Source: an uncultured Chloroflexia bacterium (GTDB taxonomy: Bacteria > Chloroflexota > Chloroflexia > Thermomicrobiales > UBA6265). From it: a DNA stretch of 64,000 nt. The notes under the pieces are model-generated. The model made no database searches, had not been told where the DNA came from, and worked only from the letters and a program-made list of their open reading frames with translations. Every line of letters begins with the position of its first letter. The first letter of the stretch is position 1. Of the stretch, positions 18,823 through 29,706 are shown one piece after another. The DNA lies in NCBI GenBank assembly GCA_963724295.1, contig CAVRUC010000007.1, positions 224,001 to 288,000 of the forward strand, given 5' to 3'. A program made the translations under genes and the position numbers.

Positions 18823-19716
18823 ATGGCTCAGACCCCGCAATCGGAAGAAACTGGAGGCACCGGCGACACAGCCGCTACGGGCCCAGCGGGTCCCCAGGGT
18901 TTCTTTGGAAGTTCGACAACGATCCTGCTGATTATTTTTGCCGTGGCGGTATTCTGGTGGAATCGGCGCCGACGCGTTGCGATGGAGGAACAACTCCGAG
19001 CACAGCGTCGCGAGGCAGAGGCCACGGCTGAGCGCTCAGCGCTCGACGTGGCGAATCTGATGCGAGCGGCGCCGCGACCAGGAGAGCGGGCCGCGGCCGC
19101 CAGCGAGGGACTCGCCTCAGCGGCGCCAATGCCGTCTGCTCTGAGCCAGGAGTTGACTACAGAAGAGACGGCCGAAGCCCGACCCGTTGGTCCAGACGAG
19201 GCTCCGGATCCTGTTGTCAGGGCTGAAGCGCAGGCCCGTGAAATCGAGCGTGCGGAGGGCCGTGCCGCGGCTGAGCGCGCCGCCGAGGAACAATCTGCGC
19301 GTGCGGCGCGGGGCGCGCAGAAGACAGGGGAATCGGTCGAGCGGCGTATGGCCGCGGCCTCGTCGGCTGCCGAGGAGGCCGCGGCCGACACGACGGACGC
19401 CGCTCAGCTGGGTCAGACCGCTGCCGTCCCGGTGGTGGGTGGGCTTGAACGAGAGGCTGCCGACGCCCAGGTTGCAACCGGGAAACCTCGCATTGATTCC
19501 GTCATGCCGGCGGGCGCTGTTGCTGGAAATGGCACCGCGATTTGTCCTCCGGATTACCCAATAAAGGGGAACCGCCAGTCGCGCATTTACCATCGGCCTG
19601 GCCAGATTTCCTATCCGACCACGGTCGCGGAGTACTGCTTTGCATCGGAAGAGGCAGCTGAATCGGCTGGTTTTCGGCAATCTCGGGCGCGCGGACAGCG
19701 AAATCAACCTCAATAG
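18823..19716 (+). CDS. Membrane-anchored Ala/Glu-rich protein with C-terminal IKGN..S.IYH.P...F..E..A..AG.R domain
   Basis: Single TM (ILLIIFAVAVFWW); C-terminal CPPDYPIKGNRQSRIYHRPG...CFASEEAAESAGFR; AAGGA SD. Confidence 0.75.
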   Translation: MAQTPQSEETGGTGDTAATGPAGPQGFFGSSTTILLIIFAVAVFWWNRRRRVAMEEQLRAQRREAEATAERSALDVANLMRAAPRPGERAAAASEGLASAAPMPSALSQELTTEETAEARPVGPDEAPDPVVRAEAQAREIERAEGRAAAERAAEEQSARAARGAQKTGESVERRMAAASSAAEEAAADTTDAAQLGQTAAVPVVGGLEREAADAQVATGKPRIDSVMPAGAVAGNGTAICPPDYPIKGNRQSRIYHRPGQISYPTTVAEYCFASEEAAESAGFRQSRARGQRNQPQ

Positions 19717-19827
19717 CGCCGAAGCGGAGCGGTGGCCCTCCACGCATGTCTGCTCGGGCCGGCCTCCAGCACGACTTTGGATGCACTGGGATTCGCAACC
19801 AGTAGACCCGGAGGCAAGTAGGTACCG

Positions 19828-20952
19828 ATGATGCCAGCACTAGCCCAGATCCGGGCCGTTGTATTGAACGAGTTCAACGCCCCTCTTGAGCTCGAATCGG
19901 CACCGCTGCCCGAGCCCGGTCCAGGCGCGGTCGTTGCCCACGTCGATCTTGCCGGCGTGTGTGGAACGGACGTCCATCTCCACCATGGCCATCTCCCGAT
20001 GGCCCTCCCGATCGTGCTCGGCCATGAGGGAGTTGGGCGCGTCTGGCGCCTCGGCGAAGGAGTGGCTACGGATTTCTCAGGTAATCCTCTGCGCGATGGC
20101 GATGCTATCGCCTGGTCTTCGAACATCCCTTGCGGCCAGTGCTACTGGTGCGTCGTCGCCGGTCAGCGCACCCTCTGCGAGACTCGCAAGGTTTACGGTG
20201 TCAATCAGCGCTTCGATGAATTTCCGCGGCTCTCCGGTGGATGGGCTGAGGCGATCTACCTTCAACCCGGCTCGGCGATCTTTCGGCTGCCTGACAACCT
20301 GTCTCCCGAGGAGATGATTGCCCTCGGTTGTGCGGGTCCGACCGCCATCCATGGGGTGATCGAGGTAGCCAGGATTACTGCCGGTGACACGGTCGTGGTC
20401 CAAGGGAGCGGACCAGTAGGAATCGCGTCCGCGATGTACGCGCACCTTGCCGGCGCTTCGCGCGTGATCCTGGTGGGCGGGCCTTCCAGCCGGCTCGATC
20501 TGGCGAGGGAGATCGGCGTCGGTGACGTCCACGTTGACATCTTTGAGTTTCCAGACGCCGGCGAACGGGTGCGACTCGTCGCGGATGCGACGCCGGGGCA
20601 CCGTGGCGCCGACGTCGTTCTGGAGTGTGCTGGTGTGCCCGAAGCGGTGGCCGAGGGCTGGGAGATGGCCCGCCGCGGCGGGACCTTCCTGGCCCTCGGG
20701 CAGTACACGGATCGCGGCCCGGTTCCACTCAATCCTCACCTCATTACACGGAAACAGCTGCGGATCGTCGGATCCTGGGGATTCGCCGAGAAGCACTATC
20801 TCGGACACATCGAGGCGCTGCCGCGACTCGCTGCTCGATTCGATTTGTCCCGACTCATCACTCGCTACGGCCTGGAAGACGCCAACACCGCCTTGCACGA
20901 TATGGGCACGGGTCGCGTCATGAAACCGGTATTCGATCTAATGGAGCACTAG
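19828..20952 (+). CDS. Zinc-binding alcohol dehydrogenase (MDR family)
   Basis: GVCGTD, GHEGVG, CGQCYWC...C, GSGPVG. Confidence 0.93.
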   Translation: MMPALAQIRAVVLNEFNAPLELESAPLPEPGPGAVVAHVDLAGVCGTDVHLHHGHLPMALPIVLGHEGVGRVWRLGEGVATDFSGNPLRDGDAIAWSSNIPCGQCYWCVVAGQRTLCETRKVYGVNQRFDEFPRLSGGWAEAIYLQPGSAIFRLPDNLSPEEMIALGCAGPTAIHGVIEVARITAGDTVVVQGSGPVGIASAMYAHLAGASRVILVGGPSSRLDLAREIGVGDVHVDIFEFPDAGERVRLVADATPGHRGADVVLECAGVPEAVAEGWEMARRGGTFLALGQYTDRGPVPLNPHLITRKQLRIVGSWGFAEKHYLGHIEALPRLAARFDLSRLITRYGLEDANTALHDMGTGRVMKPVFDLMEH

Positions 20953-21165
20953 TCGTCGTCCGGGTGCTCGGGGCTGGATCAAGGCCGCTAACCAGACTCG
21001 ACTGGCACCGCGTCGAATTCCCACTGCTCCGTCGGTCGCAGCGCCAAACCCAACTCAAACAACCCGACAGCAAGGACGTGTATACTCGGAGGAGCGTGCA
21101 CGGACATAGTGTTCGTGCATCAAACCAGCCCGACTGGCGTTCTCTGCCCGAGGCTATTTGAGCTC

Positions 21166-23487
21166 ATGGCGACGACTACCCGAACGCGCAGGATGCCCAG
21201 TCGCACCTCATCGAGCGACAGGCGAGCTGGCATCGCGCTGTCGCGTCGACTGGCAGGGATATACGGAGCCGCGCGTACCTCACTGCCGGACATTGCCGGC
21301 ACTCCGCGATTCAGGCGTGAACTGCTCGGTGTGGTCCTGGTGCTCCTGGCTTTACTGAGCGCCTACGTGATCGGCCGCGGTGGGGATGAAGGCCGGCTCG
21401 TTGCCTGGTGGGGTACCAGCCTCGACCGGTCTCTTGGCCGCGCCGCATTCCTGGTACCCGTGCTGATTGCCCTGGCGGCACTTCGGGCATTCGGGGGGCA
21501 ACCGGGCAGAGTGCTGGAGGGACGTCACTACCTCGGTGGCTTTGCTTTTGCCGTGGCTGTTGTCGGTCTTCTCCAGCTTGGCGTCCGCTCAGTGGCAGAG
21601 CCCGCGGGCGGCGCACTGGGGAGCGCGGTCGCGACGCTCGCAGTTCGCATCCTGGGACCGTTCGGCGCGGGACTGGCGCTCTTTGCCGCCGGTGTCCTCG
21701 CGATCTTCCTGCTAGCCGGCAGCGACCTGCAGACATTTTGCAATGACGTGCGCGCGTTGCTCGAGGCAATCTGGCGCTCGATCCGCCTGTTCGTCGCGGC
21801 CCTGGGTGCCGTCGAAGCAAGGGTCCGCCATTTTGGAGCAGCCCTGCGATCGCCGCACAGTGTCGATGCCGAAACCGAAAGAGCGCCGGTTGCTCCGATC
21901 GCTCGCGGCACCACTCCGCGGGTAAAGCCGTCTCAAGCTCAATCCGCCCCTGTCCGCCCGCAGATCTCCGACGAGGTCGGACCTCCTGTGATCAACGTGC
22001 CCACGCGCACGTCGCCGTCGATCGCGTCTCCAGTTGCAAGCCGGCCGGAAGTCCCGGCTCCGCCTCAAAGCCCGCCTGCTCGACCGTTGCCGCTTCCTGA
22101 TATTTCGCAGATGGCGTACTACGACGACGTCGCGCCGGATACCGCGTACCTGCACGCCAAAGCCCGGCTGATCGAAGAGACGCTGTCGAGCTTCAAGGTC
22201 GAGGCCAAGGTCCGCGAGATCAACCCGGGTCCAGCCGTGACGCAGTTCGCGTTGGAACCGGGAAATGGTGTGAAAGTTCGCCGTATCACTGAACTGCAGA
22301 GCGACCTCGCACTGGCCTTGGCCGCGCCAAGCATTCGCATCGAAGCCCCAATTCCCGGGTTCGCCCGCGTTGGTCTGGAAATACCGAACGCGCAGATAGC
22401 GACTGTTGGGCTGCGGGAAACCCTCGAATCACCGTCGTTCAGCAAGGGCAAGCAGAAGCTTCCCATTCCACTCGGTCGCGATGTCAACGGCCGCTACATC
22501 GTCGGTGACTTGACGCGCATGCCACACCTCCTGATCGCGGGCGCTACCGGAGCCGGCAAGAGTGTCTGTCTCAACGCAATTATCTCAACCTTCCTCTCCA
22601 CTCGGTCGCCTGATGACCTCAAGCTGCTCATGATCGATCCCAAGATGGTCGAGTTGACCGGGTACAATGGTGTTCCTCACCTTCAAGCGCCGGTGGTCAC
22701 CGAGATGGATAAGGTCGTCGGGGCGTTGCGGCTCACGCTGCGGGAAATGGAGCGGCGGTACACCCTTTTCTCGAAGCTCGGGGTCCGCAATCTTGACGGG
22801 TACCGCATGAAGATGGCCGACGAAGCGGGTGCGGAGCATCTCCCGTATCTCGTCGTCATCATCGACGAGTTAGCCGATCTCATGATGACGGCTCCGGATG
22901 AGGTGGAAACACTTCTCGTCCGGCTGGCGCAAATGGCGCGAGCGACAGGCATTCATCTGATTATCGCCACGCAACGACCGTCGGTTGACGTGCTTACCGG
23001 TCTCATCAAGGCGAACATCCCCTCGCGCATCGCATTCGCTGTTTCGTCGCTGACCGACAGCCGCGTCATTCTCGATATGCCCGGCGCCGAGCGGTTACTG
23101 GGCAGCGGGGACATGCTTTTCCTACCTCCGGATGCGGCAAAGCCGCAGCGCATCCAGGGCGCGTTTATCGAAGACCGAGACGTCCATTTCATCGTCCAAC
23201 ATTGGTATCGCGTCGCCCCCGTGCCACGATACGCCGCGGAGTGGCTTGACCTTCCGGCCGCGGGCGGGAATGGTGACGATGATCTGGACGGCGAAGAAGA
23301 TCCGCTGTTCGAGCAGGCGCTCTCGATCGTGCGCCAGCAGGGAACAGCGTCTGCGTCGATGCTGCAACGCCGCCTACGCGTTGGTTACAACCGAGCAGCG
23401 CGGCTCATCGAGCGGATGGAAGTGGATGGGATCATCGGTCCGGCGGATGGGATTCGAGGTCGCCCGGTTCTGGTTGGGGAAGATTGA
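21166..23487 (+). CDS. ftsK: DNA translocase FtsK/SpoIIIE
   Basis: N-terminal TMs, MPHLLIAGATGAGKS, IIDELADLM, ATQRPS, gamma domain LQRRLRVGYNRAARL. Confidence 0.96.
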   Translation: MATTTRTRRMPSRTSSSDRRAGIALSRRLAGIYGAARTSLPDIAGTPRFRRELLGVVLVLLALLSAYVIGRGGDEGRLVAWWGTSLDRSLGRAAFLVPVLIALAALRAFGGQPGRVLEGRHYLGGFAFAVAVVGLLQLGVRSVAEPAGGALGSAVATLAVRILGPFGAGLALFAAGVLAIFLLAGSDLQTFCNDVRALLEAIWRSIRLFVAALGAVEARVRHFGAALRSPHSVDAETERAPVAPIARGTTPRVKPSQAQSAPVRPQISDEVGPPVINVPTRTSPSIASPVASRPEVPAPPQSPPARPLPLPDISQMAYYDDVAPDTAYLHAKARLIEETLSSFKVEAKVREINPGPAVTQFALEPGNGVKVRRITELQSDLALALAAPSIRIEAPIPGFARVGLEIPNAQIATVGLRETLESPSFSKGKQKLPIPLGRDVNGRYIVGDLTRMPHLLIAGATGAGKSVCLNAIISTFLSTRSPDDLKLLMIDPKMVELTGYNGVPHLQAPVVTEMDKVVGALRLTLREMERRYTLFSKLGVRNLDGYRMKMADEAGAEHLPYLVVIIDELADLMMTAPDEVETLLVRLAQMARATGIHLIIATQRPSVDVLTGLIKANIPSRIAFAVSSLTDSRVILDMPGAERLLGSGDMLFLPPDAAKPQRIQGAFIEDRDVHFIVQHWYRVAPVPRYAAEWLDLPAAGGNGDDDLDGEEDPLFEQALSIVRQQGTASASMLQRRLRVGYNRAARLIERMEVDGIIGPADGIRGRPVLVGED

Positions 23488-23590
23488 TGTCTGTACGTAC
23501 ACCACGAACGTTCACTGAAGACATGCTAGACTGAAGTGAACGCAGCTGTGTGCGTTTTGACAATAGTGCTCCCCAGAGGTCCTCACGTCG

Positions 23591-24202
23591 ATGTCGCTCT
23601 CACATGGTCCTGCTACCGCCCAACCGGTGGCACGCCTAATCAACGAACTTGCCCGGCTGCCGGGTATCGGACCCAAGACCGCTTCACGGCTCGCATATCA
23701 TCTCCTTCGCGCCTCACGCGACGAGGCAATCTCGCTGGCGGAGGCGATTCTCGACGTCAAGGAGCGGGTACGCCTCTGTTCCATCTGTTTCAACACGACC
23801 GAATCGGACCCGTGCGCGATCTGCGCCGACTCCAGCCGCGATCGGACTATTTGCGCCGTCGAGGAACCGCTCGACGTACTGGCGCTGGAGCGCACCGGTC
23901 AGTTCAAAGGGCGCTACCACGTATTGCATGGAGCTGTTTCACCGGTCGAAGGCATCGGACCCGATCAGCTCAAGATCCGCGAGCTTGTCGAACGTGTTGA
24001 GCGTGAACGTCCCGAGGAAGTGATTGTCGCCACGAATCTCGACTTGCCCGGAGAGGCCACGGCAGCGTACTTACATCGCCTGCTGGCGCCACTGGGGGTC
24101 ACAGTTTCCCGTCCGGCGAGTGGACTTCCCGCCGGGGGCGATCTGGAGTATGCGGACGAGGTCACGCTTGGTCGAGCATTAGTTGGCCGACGCGTGCTCT
24201 AG
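23591..24202 (+). CDS. recR: Recombination mediator RecR
   Basis: LPGIGPKTA, CSICFN...CAIC zinc finger, YHVLHG, DLEYADEVTL. Confidence 0.96.
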   Translation: MSLSHGPATAQPVARLINELARLPGIGPKTASRLAYHLLRASRDEAISLAEAILDVKERVRLCSICFNTTESDPCAICADSSRDRTICAVEEPLDVLALERTGQFKGRYHVLHGAVSPVEGIGPDQLKIRELVERVERERPEEVIVATNLDLPGEATAAYLHRLLAPLGVTVSRPASGLPAGGDLEYADEVTLGRALVGRRVL

Positions 24203-24270
24203 CCGGGATACGGCCAAGTGGCGTTGTAGCCGGAGAAGATTCGCGATGGCGAGTGGTATAATCGCGGTGA

Positions 24271-25422
24271 ATGGCGACGTTTAGCTACGCTTCTGGTCAA
24301 CGCCACGCCGCCCCTCCCGCATGGCTCAATACCGCATTTGACTCCGGGAGCCCGGCGGCTGCCGGGCCCGCAGAACGCTCAATTGCCGACAGCTCGTCTG
24401 ACCTCAGTCATCACCCGACATTGCGTATTCGGCCCTATTCGATCGCCGACATGCCGGCGCTTCTCCGTTTTCCTGGCGTACTTCGCCTCGACGTGCCGGA
24501 TTCGCTGTTGCAAGCGCGGCCCTGGATGCTCGACTTCCCGTCCACCTTGCCAGTCCTGCGAAAAGAGCGCCCGGCCTTCGTAGCCATTGCGGACAGCCAA
24601 CTTGTCGGCTTCGTGCGCTTCTCGCCGCGCAGCCCGGATGGTCGCTGGGTCATCTCGGCCATCGGCGCTTCCACGGGCGTTTACGCACCTGAGCCCGCAT
24701 GGGAGGCATTGCTTGCCCATGGAGTTCGCGCTGCTGGACTACGAGGCGTGAGGAGGCTCTTTGCCCGCGTGCCCGCCGGCCACCCAATCGTCGACACGAT
24801 GCACCAAAGCGGGTGGGTTTCGTACTCGCGGGAGACAGTATTTCGCGCTGAGCGGCTCACACCTGTCGCGCGATCGGGTCGCCATCTGCGCTTGCAGGAG
24901 CCCGCCGACACGTGGGCGATTCACCAGCTGTACGCGGCATCAACGCCGCGCCAGATTCAGGAGATCGAAGCGCTGACGAGTCACATATGGGATATGGAGC
25001 GGTCTCGACGGGCATCGCGCGGCATCCGGCAAACGGGGTGGCTGCTCGAGGAGAATGGCGAGCTTGCTGCCTATGCCCGGTACACGCGGGGATCGCGAGC
25101 TGGCATGATCGATGCGGTTGTCGTCCCTGGGAAGGCCGCACACCTGGGCATGCTGTTGGATGGAGTGATCGCGACGCCAAGGCGGGGACATACTCGGCCA
25201 GTCTACTGTGCACTGCGCGCGTATTTGATGGATTTGCGGGACGAGCTGACCGACCGAGGATTTTCGGCGATCGGTGAACAGGAGCTCCTGATTCGATATA
25301 CGACGGCTACCGCGAGATCCACGCGAGGCGAACCAGTCTATTTCCCGGTTGAACTGCGGCCCGGGATGCCACGTCGCGTGCCGACGTTTCTGGAATCACA
25401 GCCGATGGACGGAAAAATATGA
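24271..25422 (+). CDS. Hypothetical protein with probable tandem GNAT-like folds
   Basis: [15 protein letters not shown] and [19 protein letters not shown]-like strands; TGGTATAAT -10 just upstream. Confidence 0.65.
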   Translation: MATFSYASGQRHAAPPAWLNTAFDSGSPAAAGPAERSIADSSSDLSHHPTLRIRPYSIADMPALLRFPGVLRLDVPDSLLQARPWMLDFPSTLPVLRKERPAFVAIADSQLVGFVRFSPRSPDGRWVISAIGASTGVYAPEPAWEALLAHGVRAAGLRGVRRLFARVPAGHPIVDTMHQSGWVSYSRETVFRAERLTPVARSGRHLRLQEPADTWAIHQLYAASTPRQIQEIEALTSHIWDMERSRRASRGIRQTGWLLEENGELAAYARYTRGSRAGMIDAVVVPGKAAHLGMLLDGVIATPRRGHTRPVYCALRAYLMDLRDELTDRGFSAIGEQELLIRYTTATARSTRGEPVYFPVELRPGMPRRVPTFLESQPMDGKI

Positions 25423-27215
25423 CGTTGCGAATTACCGACCAAACAGAAGAGTCAGATCTCGACGGGGCTCGGGACTCGAGCAGACCAACATATGAGCTCG
25501 CCAGTACAGACAACCTCGATGTTCTCCTGGCCGTGCTTCCGCCCCGAATCTCAGCGGCCGTTGAAGATGCTGGCCACCAGGGCGGTTACGACAACCTGGT
25601 CGAGATCGTCATGGATCTGGGGCGCATCCCCGAGGCCAGGTTTCAGAGCGGCGAAGTACCTCTGACTGATAGAGAAGTGGATCGCGAAGATCTCGCGTTC
25701 GTTGCCGAACGGATTGGGGCCTTTGGCGGAGACAATCGGGCTGGCATCGAGCGAACCCTGCACCGCATCTCAGCGATCCGCAACCGCTCGGGCGAAATCG
25801 TCGGCCTTACCTGCCGAGTTGGCCGTGCTGTGTTCGGTACGATCGCCATCATGCGTGACCTGATCGAGTCTGGCCAGAGCGTGCTGCTCCTCGGTCGCCC
25901 CGGAGTTGGCAAGACGACCCTCTTGCGGGAAACGGCGCGTGTACTTGCCGACGAGTTGCACAAGCGCGTGGTGGTCGTCGACACATCCAATGAGATCGCC
26001 GGGGATGGCGATATACCTCACCCAGCAATTGGACGGGCTCGGCGCATGCAGGTGCCAACCCCGACGGATCAGCATGGTGTGATGATCGAAGCGGTCGAAA
26101 ACCATATGCCGCAGGTTGTCGTTATTGACGAGATAGGAACCGAGCTGGAGGCGATGGCCGCCCGGACCATCGCGGAACGGGGCGTGCAGCTGATCGGCAC
26201 CGCTCACGGAAACTCGCTCGAAAATCTCATGATGAACCCGACGCTCGCCGACCTCATTGGCGGCATTCAGTCGGTGACGCTGTCCGACGAGGAAGCACGA
26301 CGCCGGGGAACGCAAAAATCGATTCTGGAGCGCAAAGCCCCGCCGACATTCGATACCATCATCGAAATTATCGACCGGGACCAGGTTGCAGTCCACAACG
26401 ACGTTGCTTCCACAGTCGACCTCATCCTCCGGGGGGGTGTTCCTCGGCCCGAGCTGCGTCGCCGGGAAGAAGACGGTGAAGTGGCCATCACCGCCGCGGT
26501 GCGGGTCGACGCCGCCGCTCGGGAAAATGGTCGCGGGCCGGCGCGCGGGACGCCTCGTGATCAGAGCCTGTATAACGGCTTCGTAGCGGGCGAGAACGGG
26601 GATGGCCCGGATAGCCAGGCGAGCGTTCCGACCGCTGCAGGGCCTCTACCGGCGACGCTCAAGCGGCGCGGCACCGACGCGCGGCCGCTGCGCATCTACG
26701 CGTTTGGAGTCAGCCGCAATCGCCTGGAGCACGCGATTGAAGTCTTGCGTGTACCGGCAACGGTGGTCCGCGACGCCCGCGAAGCGGATATCGTACTCAC
26801 GTTGAAGAATTACTTCCGGCAACGAGCGCAGCCGATCCGCGATGCGGAAACGCGCGGCGTTCCGGTCTACGTGCTGCGATCGAATACGGGCGTGCAGATG
26901 GAGCAGCTCCTGTCGACGCTATTTCCTTCCCGGAGCATCGAGGAGAGCCGGACCGCGTCCGAGTGGTCCCGAGCGGAAGCAGACCGTGGACGTTCGGGAC
27001 CGATCCTCGACGATCCACTTCTTGCGGCTATCTCTGAGGCGGAGGAAGCCATTTCCTCGGTAATCGATGGGGGTCCGCCCGTGCAGCTTGCTCCGCAGGT
27101 GTCCCGCATTCGGCAGGTGCAGCACCAGCTCGCGGAACGATATGCGCTGGCATCCCGCAGCCGGGGACGAGAGCCGCACCGGCGAGTGGAGATATCGCGC
27201 GACGGTCCAGGCTAA
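25419..27215 (+). CDS. Ycf45/SpoIIIAA-like AAA ATPase with C-terminal R3H domain
   Basis: [31 protein letters not shown]3H RQVQH...[10 protein letters not shown]. Confidence 0.9.
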   Translation: MTLRITDQTEESDLDGARDSSRPTYELASTDNLDVLLAVLPPRISAAVEDAGHQGGYDNLVEIVMDLGRIPEARFQSGEVPLTDREVDREDLAFVAERIGAFGGDNRAGIERTLHRISAIRNRSGEIVGLTCRVGRAVFGTIAIMRDLIESGQSVLLLGRPGVGKTTLLRETARVLADELHKRVVVVDTSNEIAGDGDIPHPAIGRARRMQVPTPTDQHGVMIEAVENHMPQVVVIDEIGTELEAMAARTIAERGVQLIGTAHGNSLENLMMNPTLADLIGGIQSVTLSDEEARRRGTQKSILERKAPPTFDTIIEIIDRDQVAVHNDVASTVDLILRGGVPRPELRRREEDGEVAITAAVRVDAAARENGRGPARGTPRDQSLYNGFVAGENGDGPDSQASVPTAAGPLPATLKRRGTDARPLRIYAFGVSRNRLEHAIEVLRVPATVVRDAREADIVLTLKNYFRQRAQPIRDAETRGVPVYVLRSNTGVQMEQLLSTLFPSRSIEESRTASEWSRAEADRGRSGPILDDPLLAAISEAEEAISSVIDGGPPVQLAPQVSRIRQVQHQLAERYALASRSRGREPHRRVEISRDGPG

Positions 27216-27219
27216 TTTC

Positions 27220-27897
27220 TTGTCCGGACTATTCATCGCGTTGGAAGGCGTCGACGGCTCAGGCAAGTCGACGATTGCGAAGCGTCTCGTTCAGGAGCTC
27301 CAGGAAGCGGGCCGGCGGGCGATCCTCACCCGGGAGCCCGGTGGAACGACAACCGGCGAGCAGATCCGCACGGTTCTTCTCGGACAGGGATCGTCGGCAA
27401 TTCTTCCCACAACCGAGATGCTTCTCTTCGCGGCGGCCCGAGCTCAACTCGTCGGGGAGGTGATCGAGCCCGCTCTCCGCGATGGCCTCGTGGTCGTCGC
27501 AGACCGTTTCAGCGACTCCTCACTTGCATATCAGTGGGGCGCCCGCGGTCTGGAGAAAGAAGCGGTCGTCCAGGCGCAGAAACTGGCAACGGGCGGCCTC
27601 GAGCCAGATCTCAAGATTCTGCTTGATTTGCCAGTAGAAGCGGCTGTGCAGCGCCGGATGGCCGACATGCACGAAGTCAATCGGCTGGATCGGGAGGTCG
27701 TTCAATTTCACAGTCGTGTGCGCGGAGCGTACCATTCGCTAGTTGAAGCAGATCCGGCGCGCTGGCGCGTTGTCGATGCAAGTCGTGCTGAAGACGACGT
27801 CTGGTCGGAGGTATGGCACGCGGTCAGTGCACGTGTTTCTCCATCGCAGACCCGAAGCCAGAAGCAAGCTAACGAGGAGCAGCAGAGACCAAAGTGA
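27220..27897 (+). CDS. tmk: Thymidylate kinase
   Basis: FIALEGVDGSGKST, TREPGG, DRFSDSSLAYQ; TTG start inferred. Confidence 0.95.
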   Translation: MSGLFIALEGVDGSGKSTIAKRLVQELQEAGRRAILTREPGGTTTGEQIRTVLLGQGSSAILPTTEMLLFAAARAQLVGEVIEPALRDGLVVVADRFSDSSLAYQWGARGLEKEAVVQAQKLATGGLEPDLKILLDLPVEAAVQRRMADMHEVNRLDREVVQFHSRVRGAYHSLVEADPARWRVVDASRAEDDVWSEVWHAVSARVSPSQTRSQKQANEEQQRPK

Positions 27898-28232
27898 GAC
27901 TGGTCCTGGCAATTATTCAGTCCGCGGACGCAGAGCCGCTCTTATCGGATCTGGCTGCCATTGGGGCTTCCGCGACGCAAATCGAGGGCGACGCGGCCGT
28001 CGGCAACGCCGGGCTAGCGGCGCTTGTCGTCGGTGTCGATGACGACCAGGTGGCCGATGTCTTGACACTCGTGCGAGCCAGGGCCCGCGGACGTGCCCGA
28101 CGAATCGAGCCGCTTCGCCCGCTTTCGGCGCAGGCAGAATTCTGGATCCCCGGACCGGCCGAGCAGGGCGCCGGCGGAGCCAGCGTTTTTGTGCTGCCGG
28201 TCAGACGGTTCGAGCGTATCGGGTACGCTTAG
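27894..28232 (+). CDS. PII-like DarA/YaaQ (c-di-AMP receptor family) homologue, divergent
   Basis: MRLVLAIIQ..D, VGVDDDQV, GGASVFVLPVRRFE; follows tmk as yaaQ/darA does in Bacillus. Confidence 0.75.
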   Translation: MRLVLAIIQSADAEPLLSDLAAIGASATQIEGDAAVGNAGLAALVVGVDDDQVADVLTLVRARARGRARRIEPLRPLSAQAEFWIPGPAEQGAGGASVFVLPVRRFERIGYA

Positions 28233-28280
28233 CTTCGATGCGCCAGTGCAACTGACCGGCTTACCAAGGGGACATCGTTC

Positions 28281-29126
28281 GTGATCGAGACTGCCGCACG
28301 AGGCGTTCAATTTCTCCTGGCGATCGGCATTGCCTATCTGGTGGCCCTCTGGTTTGCGCTGGTCGCCTGGACATTTCGGGATATCGAAGCCAGAAGCCGA
28401 AGCGTCTTTACTCAGGTCTTCTCGACACTTCTCGTTGTCCTGTTTTTCGTGCCTGGACTTCTGTTGTATTTGATCCTACGGCCCAAGGAGACGTTGGACC
28501 AGGCATTTCAACGGGCACTGGAAGAGGAGTACTTGCTCCAGGATCTTGACGATTTGCCGCTGTGCCCGGGGTGCCAGCGGACGGTGGACCCAGAGTTTGT
28601 CCTCTGCCCGCACTGCCAGACAGCACTGAGAGGGCCGTGTCCAGCGTGCTCTCGGCTTATCGATCTGCGCTGGCATGTCTGTCCGTATTGCTCGGTGCCG
28701 GTTGACCGGTCTGATCTCAGCATCGCGGCATCCAGCGCGGAAACCGTGCGGATCCTCGAGGACGCGCGGTCTGGCCGGCGCAAGCGAGCGGTGGCGGCGG
28801 CCGCGCAGCGTGTTGGCATCGAGTCTGAAGAGTTAGACGCATTTACCGACGCACTCTCGGGAGCACCTGGGCACCCCGCCGTTGGAGCTGGGGCCGCGGC
28901 ATTGGGGTTCTCCCGTCGCATGTCGTCACTTGCTGAACCGGCACGATTTCGCCGCGGATCGCGCTCACAGGCGGGGGCGCCTGGCGGCAATGAGGAGTCC
29001 GCGCCGCCGGCCGAGACACTGACAAGCCCAGCGGACACGTCGTCGACCGGCGGCCGCAGCGCCGACAACGGGTTCTGGGCTGACTTGTTTCCGGGTTCTG
29101 ACCACACAAAAGACGGGACTCGATAG
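28281..29126 (+). CDS. Membrane protein with double zinc ribbon
   Basis: Two TMs then CPGC...CPHC...CPAC...CPYC. Confidence 0.85.
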   Translation: MIETAARGVQFLLAIGIAYLVALWFALVAWTFRDIEARSRSVFTQVFSTLLVVLFFVPGLLLYLILRPKETLDQAFQRALEEEYLLQDLDDLPLCPGCQRTVDPEFVLCPHCQTALRGPCPACSRLIDLRWHVCPYCSVPVDRSDLSIAASSAETVRILEDARSGRRKRAVAAAAQRVGIESEELDAFTDALSGAPGHPAVGAGAAALGFSRRMSSLAEPARFRRGSRSQAGAPGGNEESAPPAETLTSPADTSSTGGRSADNGFWADLFPGSDHTKDGTR

Positions 29127-29154
29127 GCCTGTGGTAAAATCGGCCCGATCATAT

Positions 29155-29229
29155 TCCCCGATAGCTCAATGGTAGAGCGCCCGGCTGTTAACCGGTAGGT
29201 TCTAGGTTCGAGTCCTAGTCGGGGAGCCA
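29155..29229 (+). tRNA. tRNA-Asn(GTT)
   Basis: Acceptor TCCCCGA/TCGGGGA, loop CTGTTAA, GGTTCGAGTCC T-arm, encoded CCA; TGGTAAAAT -10 upstream. Confidence 0.97.
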
Positions 29230-29280
29230 CACTCCGCGCATGTTCCACAAGCGTGATGCAGCCGTATCCATCGCGGATGA

Positions 29281-29706
29281 TCAGATGGCGTAGTTCGCGC
29301 GCGGTTCCCGATTGGTTTGCCGGTCTACAAGAGTCTGTAGCGTGATCGAGCGGAGCATCCGCTCGTTTTGTTCCTGCATCTCGTGCCAGACCTCGTGCAC
29401 GACGTCAGACGCGCCCAGGCCATCGGGGTGAGGGTGCGTCTTCTGGTCCACGCCGTCCAGCGCCGTCAAGATGGAATGAACGGATATTTCAGACGGTTGC
29501 GTTGACAACTCGTGGCCACCGAGAGGTCCGCGCGTGCTCCTGATCAGCCCAGCCCTGCTCAGGGCTCCCAGAACCTGATGGAGATAGGCTTCCGGGATAT
29601 CCTGCCGGGCGGCGATGTCCTTACTGTGGACGGGCCCCTGCCCGGCTCGCAGGGCGAGCTCAAAGAGCGCCCGGACCCCGTAGTCCGCGCGACTTGAGAC
29701 GCGCAT
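29281..29706 (-). CDS. Rrf2 family transcriptional regulator (CymR-like, no Cys triad)
   Basis: SSRADYGVRAL, IPEAYLHQVL, STRGPLGG. Confidence 0.9.
   Translation of the reverse strand: MRVSSRADYGVRALFELALRAGQGPVHSKDIAARQDIPEAYLHQVLGALSRAGLIRSTRGPLGGHELSTQPSEISVHSILTALDGVDQKTHPHPDGLGASDVVHEVWHEMQEQNERMLRSITLQTLVDRQTNREPRANYAI

Noticed and set aside
21097..21119. Palindrome TGCACGGACA-TAG-TGTTCGTGCA before ftsK as a LexA box
   Set aside because: Wrong spacing and half-site; more likely a leader hairpin
23505..23514. GAACGTTC before recR (also near 7465) as a LexA box
   Set aside because: No N4 spacer
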